NCBI RefSeq assembly: GCF_001194135.2 | Contig: NC_068994.1 | Coordinates: 12,141,930 to 12,205,929, forward strand | Origin: Octopus bimaculoides | Taxonomy: Eukaryota | Length of the DNA: 64,000 nucleotides | Direction of reading: 5' to 3' | Shown: in pieces, positions 25,165 through 36,170 of the stretch | How the letters are laid out: each line of letters begins with the position of its first letter | How positions within the stretch are numbered: position 1 is the stretch's first letter | Notes under the pieces: model-generated | What the model was told of the DNA's origin: nothing | Database searches by the model: none | The model's input: only the letters and a program-made list of their open reading frames with translations | Translations under genes and position numbers: made by a program

Positions 25165-26108
25165 GATGGGCTTTTTTTCAGTTTCCATCTGCCAAATCTA
25201 TTCACAAGGCTTTGATTGGCCAGAGGCTATAGTAAAAAACACTCGTCCACGGTTCCATACAGTGGGACTGAACCCAAAACCATGTGGTTTGGAAGCAAGC
25301 TTCTTATCACATGCCCAGGCCTGTGCCTATTATTGCAAAATAATAAAGTAAATATGTAACAGTGTATTGTCTGTTCCATAGTGACAAATGGCATCCACAG
25401 TATTGACTTTTATCTTAATATACTGAATAGCTTTCTAATGGCTTCTCCTACTCATCAACAGCTGCTGCTGTTGTTGTTGTTGTTGTTAAGAGCCAGTCAG
25501 TCTGCAGCTTTGCATCTGCAGCAAATGAAATATAGAAAATACAGTAATCTGAGGTCAAGGCAGCCAATTAAGCGGAGTCATTAGAATGTCAGAGAGAATA
25601 TAGAATGCTTAGTGGCATTTGTCATGATTCTTTGCACACTGAGTTCAAATTCCCACCAAGGTTAACTCTGTCTTTTATCCTTTTTTAAGTCAATAAATAA
25701 ATTGCCACAGAAGTACTGGGTTCAGTCCCTGCCCTATCTCTCTTTTTTTCCAGAATTGGCTATAACTAAACAAAATGGTATCTTTGCCTTTCATCCTTTA
25801 GGGGGTCAATAAAATAAGTACCGTTTTAGCACTGGGATTTCCATGCCAAAATTCGAAACCATTGTCTGTCTATGAGACATACAATCCTCGCAACAAAGTT
25901 AAAAAGAAATAATCATGTCGAATAAGTTATTAAAATAGCTGACGATACACGTCAAGCTGTGAAGTAAGATACAAACCTGTTAATGCATGAAAAAAAAAAA
26001 TGATGCACACATACACACACACATGTAAGCATCCAGACAGACACATATACTAACTCATTCATGAGTACTTGCCAGCTCCGCATACATCACATGCTATTTT
26101 GATAACAA

Positions 26109-26151
<43 letters not shown>

Positions 26152-26270
26152 GTATATATATAGTTATCGCCAAGCCAACATGGCAGTCCCAAAATTAGGA
26201 CGAAAGCTGCCGTGAATTAGCTCCAAGAAGCCATCGCCTCTAGCTAGCTATGTGACACACGAAACCTGTG

Positions 26271-26760
26271 NNNNNNNNNNNNNNNNNNNNNNNNNNNNNN
26301 NNNNNNNNNNNNNNNNNNNNNNNNNNNNNNNNNNNNNNNNNNNNNNNNNNNNNNNNNNNNNNNNNNNNNNNNNNNNNNNNNNNNNNNNNNNNNNNNNNNN
26401 NNNNNNNNNNNNNNNNNNNNNNNNNNNNNNNNNNNNNNNNNNNNNNNNNNNNNNNNNNNNNNNNNNNNNNNNNNNNNNNNNNNNNNNNNNNNNNNNNNNN
26501 NNNNNNNNNNNNNNNNNNNNNNNNNNNNNNNNNNNNNNNNNNNNNNNNNNNNNNNNNNNNNNNNNNNNNNNNNNNNNNNNNNNNNNNNNNNNNNNNNNNN
26601 NNNNNNNNNNNNNNNNNNNNNNNNNNNNNNNNNNNNNNNNNNNNNNNNNNNNNNNNNNNNNNNNNNNNNNNNNNNNNNNNNNNNNNNNNNNNNNNNNNNN
26701 NNNNNNNNNNNNNNNNNNNNNNNNNNNNNNNNNNNNNNNNNNNNNNNNNNNNNNNNNNNN
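26271..26760. other. Assembly gap (others: 7888-8010, 15223-15315, 20815-20891, 31799-32209, 35842-36112, 48506-48864, 49801-49998, 51694-51821, 54437-54553, 54994-55003, 59702-59711, 60735-61057)
   Basis: N runs, mostly adjoining repeats. Confidence 0.99.
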
Positions 26761-26776
26761 GCTAGGGCTTGGCTGC

Positions 26777-26818
26777 TCTGCATTGACAAGGGGCAACACC
26801 CTGAAACTAGTCTGCAGA
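26777..26818 (+). ncRNA. Minimal type-I hammerhead ribozyme motif with U3-A8 variant core
   Basis: tctgca-TTGACAA-gggg(caaca)ccct-GAAA-CTAG-TC-tgcaga: 6-bp stem I, 4-bp stem II, palindromic ACTAGT stem III, GUC cleavage triplet. Confidence 0.7.
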
Positions 26819-29740
26819 TGCCAAACCAGCAGGGGGACACTGCTGACCTCCCCTGTTCGAAGGTTATAAAGGACACAGGTTTCGTGTGTCACATAGCTAG
26901 CTAGATGCGATGGCTTCTTGGAGCTAATTCACGGCAGCTTTTGTCCTAATTTTGGGACTGCCATGTTGGCTTGGCGATAACTATTAATTTCCAGTACCGC
27001 TGCCGTAGTCTCCTTTAGAGAGACTTAGAAATATTAATAACTCTATTTATGTATATATATATATATATATATTGCATACTGGGAGGGTAATTTTGGCAAC
27101 ACACTATTGCAAAGAAAATTCAAAACCGAAATATATTTGCATATGCACAACACACCTATATCATTTGCTCTTAGGTCTATTTTCCAATGCTAGAATAAGG
27201 CATACACACACATATATATCTATATATAACGTGTTGGGTGGTTAGGAAAGGAATCCAGCTCTAGAGAACAAGTCAAAGTTCAACACAACCCCTGGCTTGC
27301 CAGTTCCCATCAAATCGTCCAACTCACACCAGCATGGGAAACTGACTTAAATGATGATGATGATAATATGTACATCTCTCTCCTATGTACGTACAGCTGC
27401 AGCATATTTTGCACACGTAAACTATACATTGAACATCACGACATCCCCTCTATTCGCACATATGCTTGAACACTTCTCAATCTTGATAATTGATGAAGGA
27501 TGTCTCTCTAAAGAGATAAGACTGAAATATGGTCTGTTGTTTTCACCTTTTGGCTTTAAAGACGAAACCCACTATCATCTACAGTGCCTTTAGTTACCGA
27601 AAATTTCGACTGGCTGATATCATTACTTATTTACAGATCTCAAAACACCCGAAGGGGGAATTTTTCTGCTAATTGCTAGGACAATCTCAATTAAATGAAT
27701 GTCACACATGTGAGACGACCAATGTATGGATTAGATAAATTTGTGTTGTAGGTCGTATAAGAGGCGGGTAGAAGGCAGCAGGTACAACGGTGGCCCAAGG
27801 TCCGTAATTATTTACTAGGACTTTCCAGAAACCCCATTTCGAATTCCCTTAAAGTTTTAAAGGGCATCCTGCTCCCCACCAGGATCCAAAAGCAGTCTTG
27901 CACCGCGAGCTAAATTTCTCTCGGAGACTACTAGTCGACCGAAGATCAGTACGGTCGAGTAAACGTTTGATCAAAGTCGTTCCGGCGGTGAATATATAGA
28001 TTCTTCTGTTTTTCTAATGTCTACGATTACATTACCCAACGTATTTCTCCTTGTTTAGTAAAGTAGAATGTGATTTGAAGGAAGTTAATTTGTCATTTCG
28101 AGCAGGTCAAGCGATGAATAGAGACTCACGTGTGTGTGTGTGTGTGTGTGAAGAATAGTGTTGAAAGCACGTGCTAGAGGCAATTATTTTTAACGGAGGT
28201 GTGTCATTTTTCTTTGTGTCTTTATGCATCCAAATAATGACACCTATTTTAGGAACAATTTAACTGCTTTACACAGCAAGCCGAGTCACGACGTAGAGGT
28301 ACCCTCAGAGGTATCTTGTTGTTTAGCCATAGGTCAACTTTGGTTGAGTATACCTATGATCTTCGTTGTTCAAGACGAGACAATATTGTTGTTTTAGCCA
28401 TACCTATATTTACAACAATACACAAGAATTTCGTCTTTTCCTTGTCAAAGGCGGTAGGGTGTAATTTGAGGAAGATTTAGCTACTATTTCAAGTCAATAA
28501 ACTACGCAAGGGATGCTTTATGGGTACAGAGTGCGTGTGTAAATTTTATTTGATTTCATAGACATTCTGATACGTATCATTCTAGCTCACTCCACGTCAC
28601 TTTTAAATCCACTGTATACAGTATACACCAAAATCATTATATATTCGGAGATTTAAACACCTGTATCACAGTAGTGTATATATTTATACATGGATAGCAT
28701 ATACAAGTATTGAATTGTGAAACTCAGTAAGGGTTTTTTTTAGTTAATACAAACGACAAGCTTCTGCAGTTCCCATCTACCAAATTCCAGTCACAAGATG
28801 GAAGAAACTAACCCAAGGTGCCACGCAGTGTATATTTCTGGGTGGTGTTTCATTAACTTCAGGTATGCCCTCAGTTAAGAGATCTAGGATAAAGGTGTTT
28901 TAGCCGTGACCCTCACGTCTTTTGTATATATATCTGAGGAAGGTTTTGATAGTTTTCACTACCTCGAGGAGAAGAGAAAGGACAAAAATTAGGGGGTAGT
29001 TCTTTCGTTTATTTTTAGTGTTCTCGTGTTTCATTCAACGAGAATTAGGATTCTAAAAGGATTTTTATCCCCACAAATGACTTCGATTTTTTTTTGCTCC
29101 CCGGATTCCTCACCAGTTTTCTTTCCCATGAAGTAGTGATAGTTATTTTAAAAGTTCATCACTGAGACTACACTGTTCGAAATTATTTTCCTTCTTTTTT
29201 TTTCAAGTATGATTTAAAATGAAATTTGGCTGCTATTTCTGTAAGATTGGGGGCCCGCCAATATCGAGAAACCGCACTCAAGACACCTTTCGATAATATT
29301 TCGTTAATGTCATCGCGGTAAATAAAAATAAATCAAATTAAAATCCATCTCCACAATCATTTTAACAACGTGTCCCCCTTACATCAAGCCATACTAATTG
29401 ATACCTCAGTAAAGATCTCAGATCATCATGTGTAGGTAATTAAAAATATATTAGCGGGTCCCAAGTGCACGAACCGGCTTCTAATATAGTCTAGTTGAAA
29501 GGAGGTTTTCTTGTTTTTCTTTTCTTCGATGTCCCTAATGTCCTTGGGAGCGGTATGAAAGTCACAGGCTCTCATTTTCCTTTCTACTTAAAACAATCCT
29601 AATTCTTTCTTTTATGTAAAGATACATTCCGGTAACAAATACCTAATTTTTTTTTAATTATGTGTTTCATATTTTTCTATAACGTCCATAATCATATAAA
29701 TTTTTTTTAGAAAATTATATTAAAAAAGAAAAAAACTTAC

Positions 29741-29860
29741 CGAAAATTTAGTTCGATTTCAATTCAATATATTACGGTAATTTTAATTGTTGCTCTTCTT
29801 TTCCTTATGAAAAGTAATCCTGATTAGTAGATATAAAAAGAGGAGCAAAAAAGGTGGTGA
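29741..29860 (-). other. PRELID1: Probable non-coding first exon of PRELID1 (5' end approximate)
   Basis: Strong minus-strand donor TCG|GTAAGT at 29741/29740 followed by a T-rich intron start; the first coding exon has its own acceptor, so an upstream exon is required. Confidence 0.55.
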
Positions 29861-29913
29861 GGACCGATCGCTCTACGGTTTAGCCATGGCAAATATTAAC
29901 CTGGAAAGGTTGC

Positions 29914-29921
29914 TGACGTCA
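29914..29921. promoter_or_regulatory. CRE/ATF palindrome TGACGTCA in the putative PRELID1 promoter
   Basis: Perfect 8-bp palindrome about 170 nt upstream of the putative first donor. Confidence 0.4.
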
Positions 29922-32599
29922 GAAACAAGGGGAGATAATAACTGGGTTAACCTACTTTTTTCTATTTGGGATTGTCATATTTATTTTATTTTTGTTTTAT
30001 TTTATTTTATTCTATGACAGTATTCTAATAATGAAAAGAGAGAGAGAGAGAAAGAAAGAAAGAGAGAAAATAATACAGTAGTAAGATCCGTAGTAGGTCA
30101 CCGCTACAGGTTTCGGCCTCTCACATATAACCATTTCAAGACCCTATCCGCCAATCCTCACCTAAGATAGCTCTGGAAGAACTTCTGATATTCCACCGCC
30201 TTTGATGTTTCGTTTGTTCTCTCCAGTGCAAATTCCTTCGTTACATACATTTCTAGGGTTGCCCTGACACAGACTACCACTTTTTGCCTACAAATGCTAC
30301 TGTTTATTATTAACAAGCTCATATACTTTTCCTTTTAAACAAAATTTACTCCAACAAATAGAAATGTTCAACAATGTCTATCAAACTGCTAACCTCTCGC
30401 TCTCTCTCTCTCTTCAATACCCTAGAAATGGGAAGATCAGAAGAAGCAATCAATCAGCCACCCCCTTTATCTTATTCGATATCCATTTTCCTCACAATAA
30501 CCACCTGTTTGCTTTCTCTGGTGCCAAAAACATCTGCTTACGCACACACACTCGTTTTAATGTCAACTTTTCCATGCTCGCATAGTCCGGATGGAATTTG
30601 TTCTGACGGATTTTCTATGGTCGGGGACCCTTGTCACAAATCCTCACTTGTTTCTAAGTAAGGTAATATTTTCCCATGAACAGGCATGTTTTCAGGGGAA
30701 ATTGGAAACAAAGGACACTGCTTACATGACGGTGGCGTTCGTTTGCAACTATCACTTGAAGTCAAGGCATGGAGACATAACGTGCACACATACATATATG
30801 ACGGGTTTCTTTCAGTTTCCTTCTACCCCAAATCTACTCACAAGGCTCTTTTAGCTGGCCCAGGGGTACAGTAGATGACGCTCGCCCAAGGTACCATGCA
30901 GTGGGTTCAGTCTTATTGCGTGACACCTTGGGCAAGTGTCCTCTACTATATCTCTGGGTCGACAAATAGGTGAAGAACTGTAGAAATCAAAATTTCTGAA
31001 TTGTAATCAAGCAACTCGGAGTTCCAGGTCACCCCTCATCTTCTAAACCGCTCACTGGTCAAAGGCGTTCTAGCAGTCACCATCAGTTTTATTTTAACAT
31101 TATGTGGAACAAAATAAATAAAAACTAATAAAAATAAGAGAAAAAAAAAATTTATTGGTGCAGGTTTGACTGTGGTAAGAAATTTGCTCATCAGCCATAC
31201 GGTTCGGAGTTCAGCCCCACTGCATGGCATGTTGTAAGTAGAGCCCGTCGTGTCTGTGTGTATGTTTGTCTTCCACCACCGCTTGACAAACGGTGCTGAT
31301 TTGTTTACGTTCTTGTTAGCTAGCGGTTCGACAAAAAGAGAACGGTAGAGTAAGTACCAGACTTTAAAAAAGTACGAGATCGATTTGTTTGATGAAACAC
31401 TTCATGGTGGTGCTCCAGCATGACCGTAGTTATTACTAAAAGGTAAATGATATATTAACATATAACTGCTGTGGTATTCGTTCAGGAGTGACATTCTCTC
31501 AAATCACACTTTAACATCTTAATAGAAAAGAAGGATACGTCGGATAACGAAGTCGTAGATATAGGAAAAGTTGGGTTAGTCACGGTTGTGACGACTTTGA
31601 TGGTGACTCCCTCTACTTAATTCTCTGTGGAGGCGCAATGGCCCAGTGGTTAGGGCAGCGGACTCGCGGTTTCGATTCCCAGACCGGACGTTGTGAGTGT
31701 TTATTGAGCGAAAACATCTAAAGCTCCACGAGGCTCCGGCAGGAGATGGTGGCGAACCCTGCTGTACTCTTTCACCACAACTTTCTCTCACTCTTACTNN
31801 NNNNNNNNNNNNNNNNNNNNNNNNNNNNNNNNNNNNNNNNNNNNNNNNNNNNNNNNNNNNNNNNNNNNNNNNNNNNNNNNNNNNNNNNNNNNNNNNNNNN
31901 NNNNNNNNNNNNNNNNNNNNNNNNNNNNNNNNNNNNNNNNNNNNNNNNNNNNNNNNNNNNNNNNNNNNNNNNNNNNNNNNNNNNNNNNNNNNNNNNNNNN
32001 NNNNNNNNNNNNNNNNNNNNNNNNNNNNNNNNNNNNNNNNNNNNNNNNNNNNNNNNNNNNNNNNNNNNNNNNNNNNNNNNNNNNNNNNNNNNNNNNNNNN
32101 NNNNNNNNNNNNNNNNNNNNNNNNNNNNNNNNNNNNNNNNNNNNNNNNNNNNNNNNNNNNNNNNNNNNNNNNNNNNNNNNNNNNNNNNNNNNNNNNNNNN
32201 NNNNNNNNNCTACTTTATTTCATTTCATTCAATTTGCCATAAAGGCAATACACAGAGAGTAGCTACGGGCTGGACAAAAACATTAATGAGATGAGATGAA
32301 TGATGATTAATATGGTATTAATGGGAGAAGACAGGAGCCGCCCGCCGAACCCTGCTTCTCTAAATCATTGTTCTTTTATAAATTTATACATAAATTTACA
32401 ATTTGAGGCTATAAACCTCTTACTTTACAATTTCAATTTATCATGTCTCCGAAATGAGGCACTTGCCTCTTACACTTTTCTTTTATGGGCCAACAACAAC
32501 CTACTTAATTTTAGAATTAACTTAAACGAAACAGCTGCAAGACCATCTAGCTAGTGTTTTATATGTATTTAGCTCCCTTGTTAAGAAGTCGCTCTTCTG

Positions 32600-32708
32600 G
32601 CGTGAAGCATTCATTCATGTTGTAACTGTCACCGGTACGAAATGGCGGTTTTCTTGGATGTTTGAGCACGTTACCACTACAAGAAGTTCAAGGAATTTTT
32701 AGTCGGAG
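32600..32708 (+). promoter_or_regulatory. Candidate NUP155 TSS region / non-coding first exon
   Basis: YY1-like GAAATGGCGG at 32639-32648 in a locally CpG-enriched patch; weak donor GAG|GTGACA at 32708/32709 followed by T-rich sequence; the first coding exon has an acceptor at 34179. Confidence 0.3.
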
Positions 32709-33330
32709 GTGACATAAATTCGCTTATTTTGTTATTTTTTGAATAATAATTCTATTACTAATTATTTAGAGTTGTGAATATTTTTTTCTTCATAACTAAT
32801 ATGTGTTTCTAAGTGTATTTGTGTGGACAAATACTGCATTTTTTTCTCTCTCTCTCGTGTGACCAGCATGATACCACCGACCACATTTCTGTTTAGAAAC
32901 ATGCGAGACTCCAAAAGCAGACACTTATAACAATAGTAATTGTAATAATTATAACAATAATAACGTTTTACATAGACTCATGATTCTTAAGATGCAATAT
33001 AATTTTTTTTAAAAATAAAATAGTTTGTTATTATGTACCTAACGTTTTAGAAAGGCATCATCGCTACAACATCCCACGTCGAATGTTTCATATATTTTAA
33101 AGTAACTTTTCTGTATGGGACATGGAAACATACAATGAATAATAAAAAAAGTGGCGTGTGTATATATATATATATGTATTGTATTATATGTATTTATTTT
33201 CTCTAAGTTAATAATTAACTCGGACAAAACAAATTGGTTAATAGATACCAGGGTAGCAAAGATCACAAAATGACTGTGGTGTAACTCTTGTTTATGAGGT
33301 AGAAACTCCTTGTTATTTTGGGTACTTGAG

Positions 33331-33367
<37 letters not shown>

Positions 33368-33861
33368 TGTGTTAATTATATAATGTGGGTGTATATATAC
33401 TACGATAATAGGTAATTAGTCCTGTGTTACTCGGCAAATACAATTATCTTTCACTCCTCTTTAGCAAGTGCCGAAACTGGAAAAGCAATTCTTTTTCCAC
33501 ACTCTCAGACTCTAGTATTTTTCTTTCATAAAATTTAGCCGAGGGCTTTTGTTTCCTCGTTGTATAGATCCGTTAGCCTATGGTCAAAAACTTTCCAGTT
33601 GAGATCATTGTCTTTTTTTTTTTTTTTTTTTAAAGAAGCATTGTCCAACTCTGTAGTTATGCATATTGTTCGATCACGTAGCTGCTTCATCATCGTCTTG
33701 TTTTTCTAGTTCAAGTTATATATGAATGATTTCACTGGAGAGCAATTGTAGCTCGAAATGTCGAATTCTCTTTCTTTCCTTTCCTGAGCGTCCAGTAACA
33801 CAATATCTGTATTACGTCCTCACGTTGTTGTTTTTTTGTCGTTTTTCTTATTTGAACTCAC

Positions 33862-33904
<43 letters not shown>

Positions 33905-34214
33905 ATATGCATATGTACACACACATGATGATGATGATATACACATGCATATACATACACCATGCTTCCACTCAATTTCTATTGATTCACTCACAAAGCA
34001 TTATTTAGTCCAGGGCTAGAGAAGTCGTCGCTTGCTCAAGGTGCTGCATAGTGGGACTGAACCTCACAAAAAAATGTGGGGGCAAAGCAAGCTTCTTAGT
34101 TTCTTAGTTACACAACCATGCAATAATAATTTTTTTTTCTTTCTGTAATGCTTTTTTTTTTGTATCTTTTTCTTTCCAGGTGACAAACAGACTGATCGTT
34201 TCCAGAAGTAGCCA

Positions 34215-34398
34215 ATGTCTCATTTAATGAGCCCTGTGTCGTTGAGCAGTGGCAGTGTTGGCATGAATATGGTATCACCTCTGGTTGTGGTAAGCCAAAA
34301 GGACTCTCTAGAATGTTCTGTCATGCAGATCGATACTCACATTCAGGAGGATGACAAGGTCCAAGACTTGTCATACCTCTTGCATGTTCCTGCTGATA
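34215..34398 (+). CDS. NUP155: NUP155 coding exon 1
   Basis: Acceptor tctttccag at 34179; MSHLMSP...[24 protein letters not shown]; donor A|GTAAGT (phase 1). Confidence 0.85.
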
Positions 34399-36112
34399 GT
34401 AAGTGTACCTACTGGTTCTTTGTTGCTTTTTATATTTTTTGTATCTTTCTTTTTTGTGTTCTGGCACCATATCACTTCAATCTTTATTTTCCCTCAGTTA
34501 CTTGCACCATTTATATATAATATGCAGTAGCCAGGTATGTCCCGTTTGTTGTTGGCACTCGGTTGCTTACGACGTCGAGGGTTCCAGTTGATCCGATCAC
34601 TGGAACAGCCTGCTCGTGAAATTAACATGCAAGTGGCTGAGCACTCCACAGACACGTGTACCCTTAACGTAGTTCTCGGGGATATTCAGCGCAACACAGA
34701 GTGTGACAAGGCTGACCCTTTGAATTACAGGCACAACAGAAACAGGAAGTAAGAGTGAGAGAAAGTTGTGGTGAAAGAGTACAGCAGGGTTCGCCACCAT
34801 CCCCTGCCGGAGCCTCGTGGAGCTTTAGGTGTTTTCGCAGCCCTGTGGTTTGCCAGATCCTGTCACATTGTCCACTCCAGACCAGTACGCAAAATTGATG
34901 CTAAATACTGGTGATGAATATGTTCTTTTCCTGGTTGAAGTCTTTGTACTTTGTCTCTCACGAAGAGGAGACTGCTGAAGGGGAATCGATCTCTTATGCA
35001 TGAGAGCCCATTTCTTGTGAAGAAGAGCTCTGTCGTTGTGAAAAGGAGGATCCTATCTTCTCTGAAAAAGAAATCATCTTCTCTCCAACCAATATAAGTG
35101 TCATTGCCCTTCAAAGAACTTAGTGTTCCATTATTTCTTAATGGAACACTTATATAAAAATGCACTGATTGGGGTGAAGATGGGATCCACCTACAAAGAG
35201 TAAACAAAAAATATGGTATTTGTAAAAATTTCCAAGAACTTTTGTGATGTATTTCATGTAAAGTATCCACAGGATTTGGGTCATTTCCCACTCAGACCAA
35301 AGAACTACTTGTGGAACATTCAATGTATATCAACCTTATCGAACAAAATGAAAGCATCAGATTGTATTATCTTTAGTTTTTGTGTGGTATCTTGTACTAT
35401 AGAAGAAGGTTGGCTAAATCCTTGAATGGATTTGGTAGATGGAAACTGAATGAAGCTTGTTGCATATATAGTCCCCTATGCAGGTGACACGTAAAATACA
35501 CTATTTTGAGCATGGCCGTTGATAGTTACCAACGTCGCCTCCCTGGCACTTGTGCCAGTGGCGCGTGAAAAGACATTCGAGCGAGATCGTTGCCAGAGCC
35601 GATGGACTGGCTCCTGTGCAGGTGGCACGTAAAATACACCATTTCAAGCGTGGCCGTCGCCAGTACCGCCTGACTGGCCCTCGTGCCGGTGGCACGTAAA
35701 AGCACCCACTACACTCTCAGATTGGTTAGCGTTAAGAAGGGCATCCAGCTGTAGAAACTCTGCCAAATCAGATTGGAGCCTGGTGTCGCCTCCTGGTTCA
35801 CCAGTCCTCAGTCAAATTGTCCAACCCATGCTAGCATGGAANNNNNNNNNNNNNNNNNNNNNNNNNNNNNNNNNNNNNNNNNNNNNNNNNNNNNNNNNNN
35901 NNNNNNNNNNNNNNNNNNNNNNNNNNNNNNNNNNNNNNNNNNNNNNNNNNNNNNNNNNNNNNNNNNNNNNNNNNNNNNNNNNNNNNNNNNNNNNNNNNNN
36001 NNNNNNNNNNNNNNNNNNNNNNNNNNNNNNNNNNNNNNNNNNNNNNNNNNNNNNNNNNNNNNNNNNNNNNNNNNNNNNNNNNNNNNNNNNNNNNNNNNNN
36101 NNNNNNNNNNNN

Positions 36113-36170
<58 letters not shown>

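Larger units (their letters stand above)
26160..26984. mobile_element. Inverted-repeat element (at least 111-bp arms, centre in an N gap), probably Penelope-like retroelement-derived
   Basis: 26160-26270 is the reverse complement of 26874-26984 with 2 mismatches; contains a hammerhead motif; abuts a (TA)n tract. Confidence 0.65.

Noticed and set aside
26244-26892. 165-214 aa ORFs in the track, and similar X-rich ORFs at 31.7, 35.8, 48.4, 49.6, 51.2 and 60.6 kb
   Set aside because: They are open only because N runs contain no stop codons
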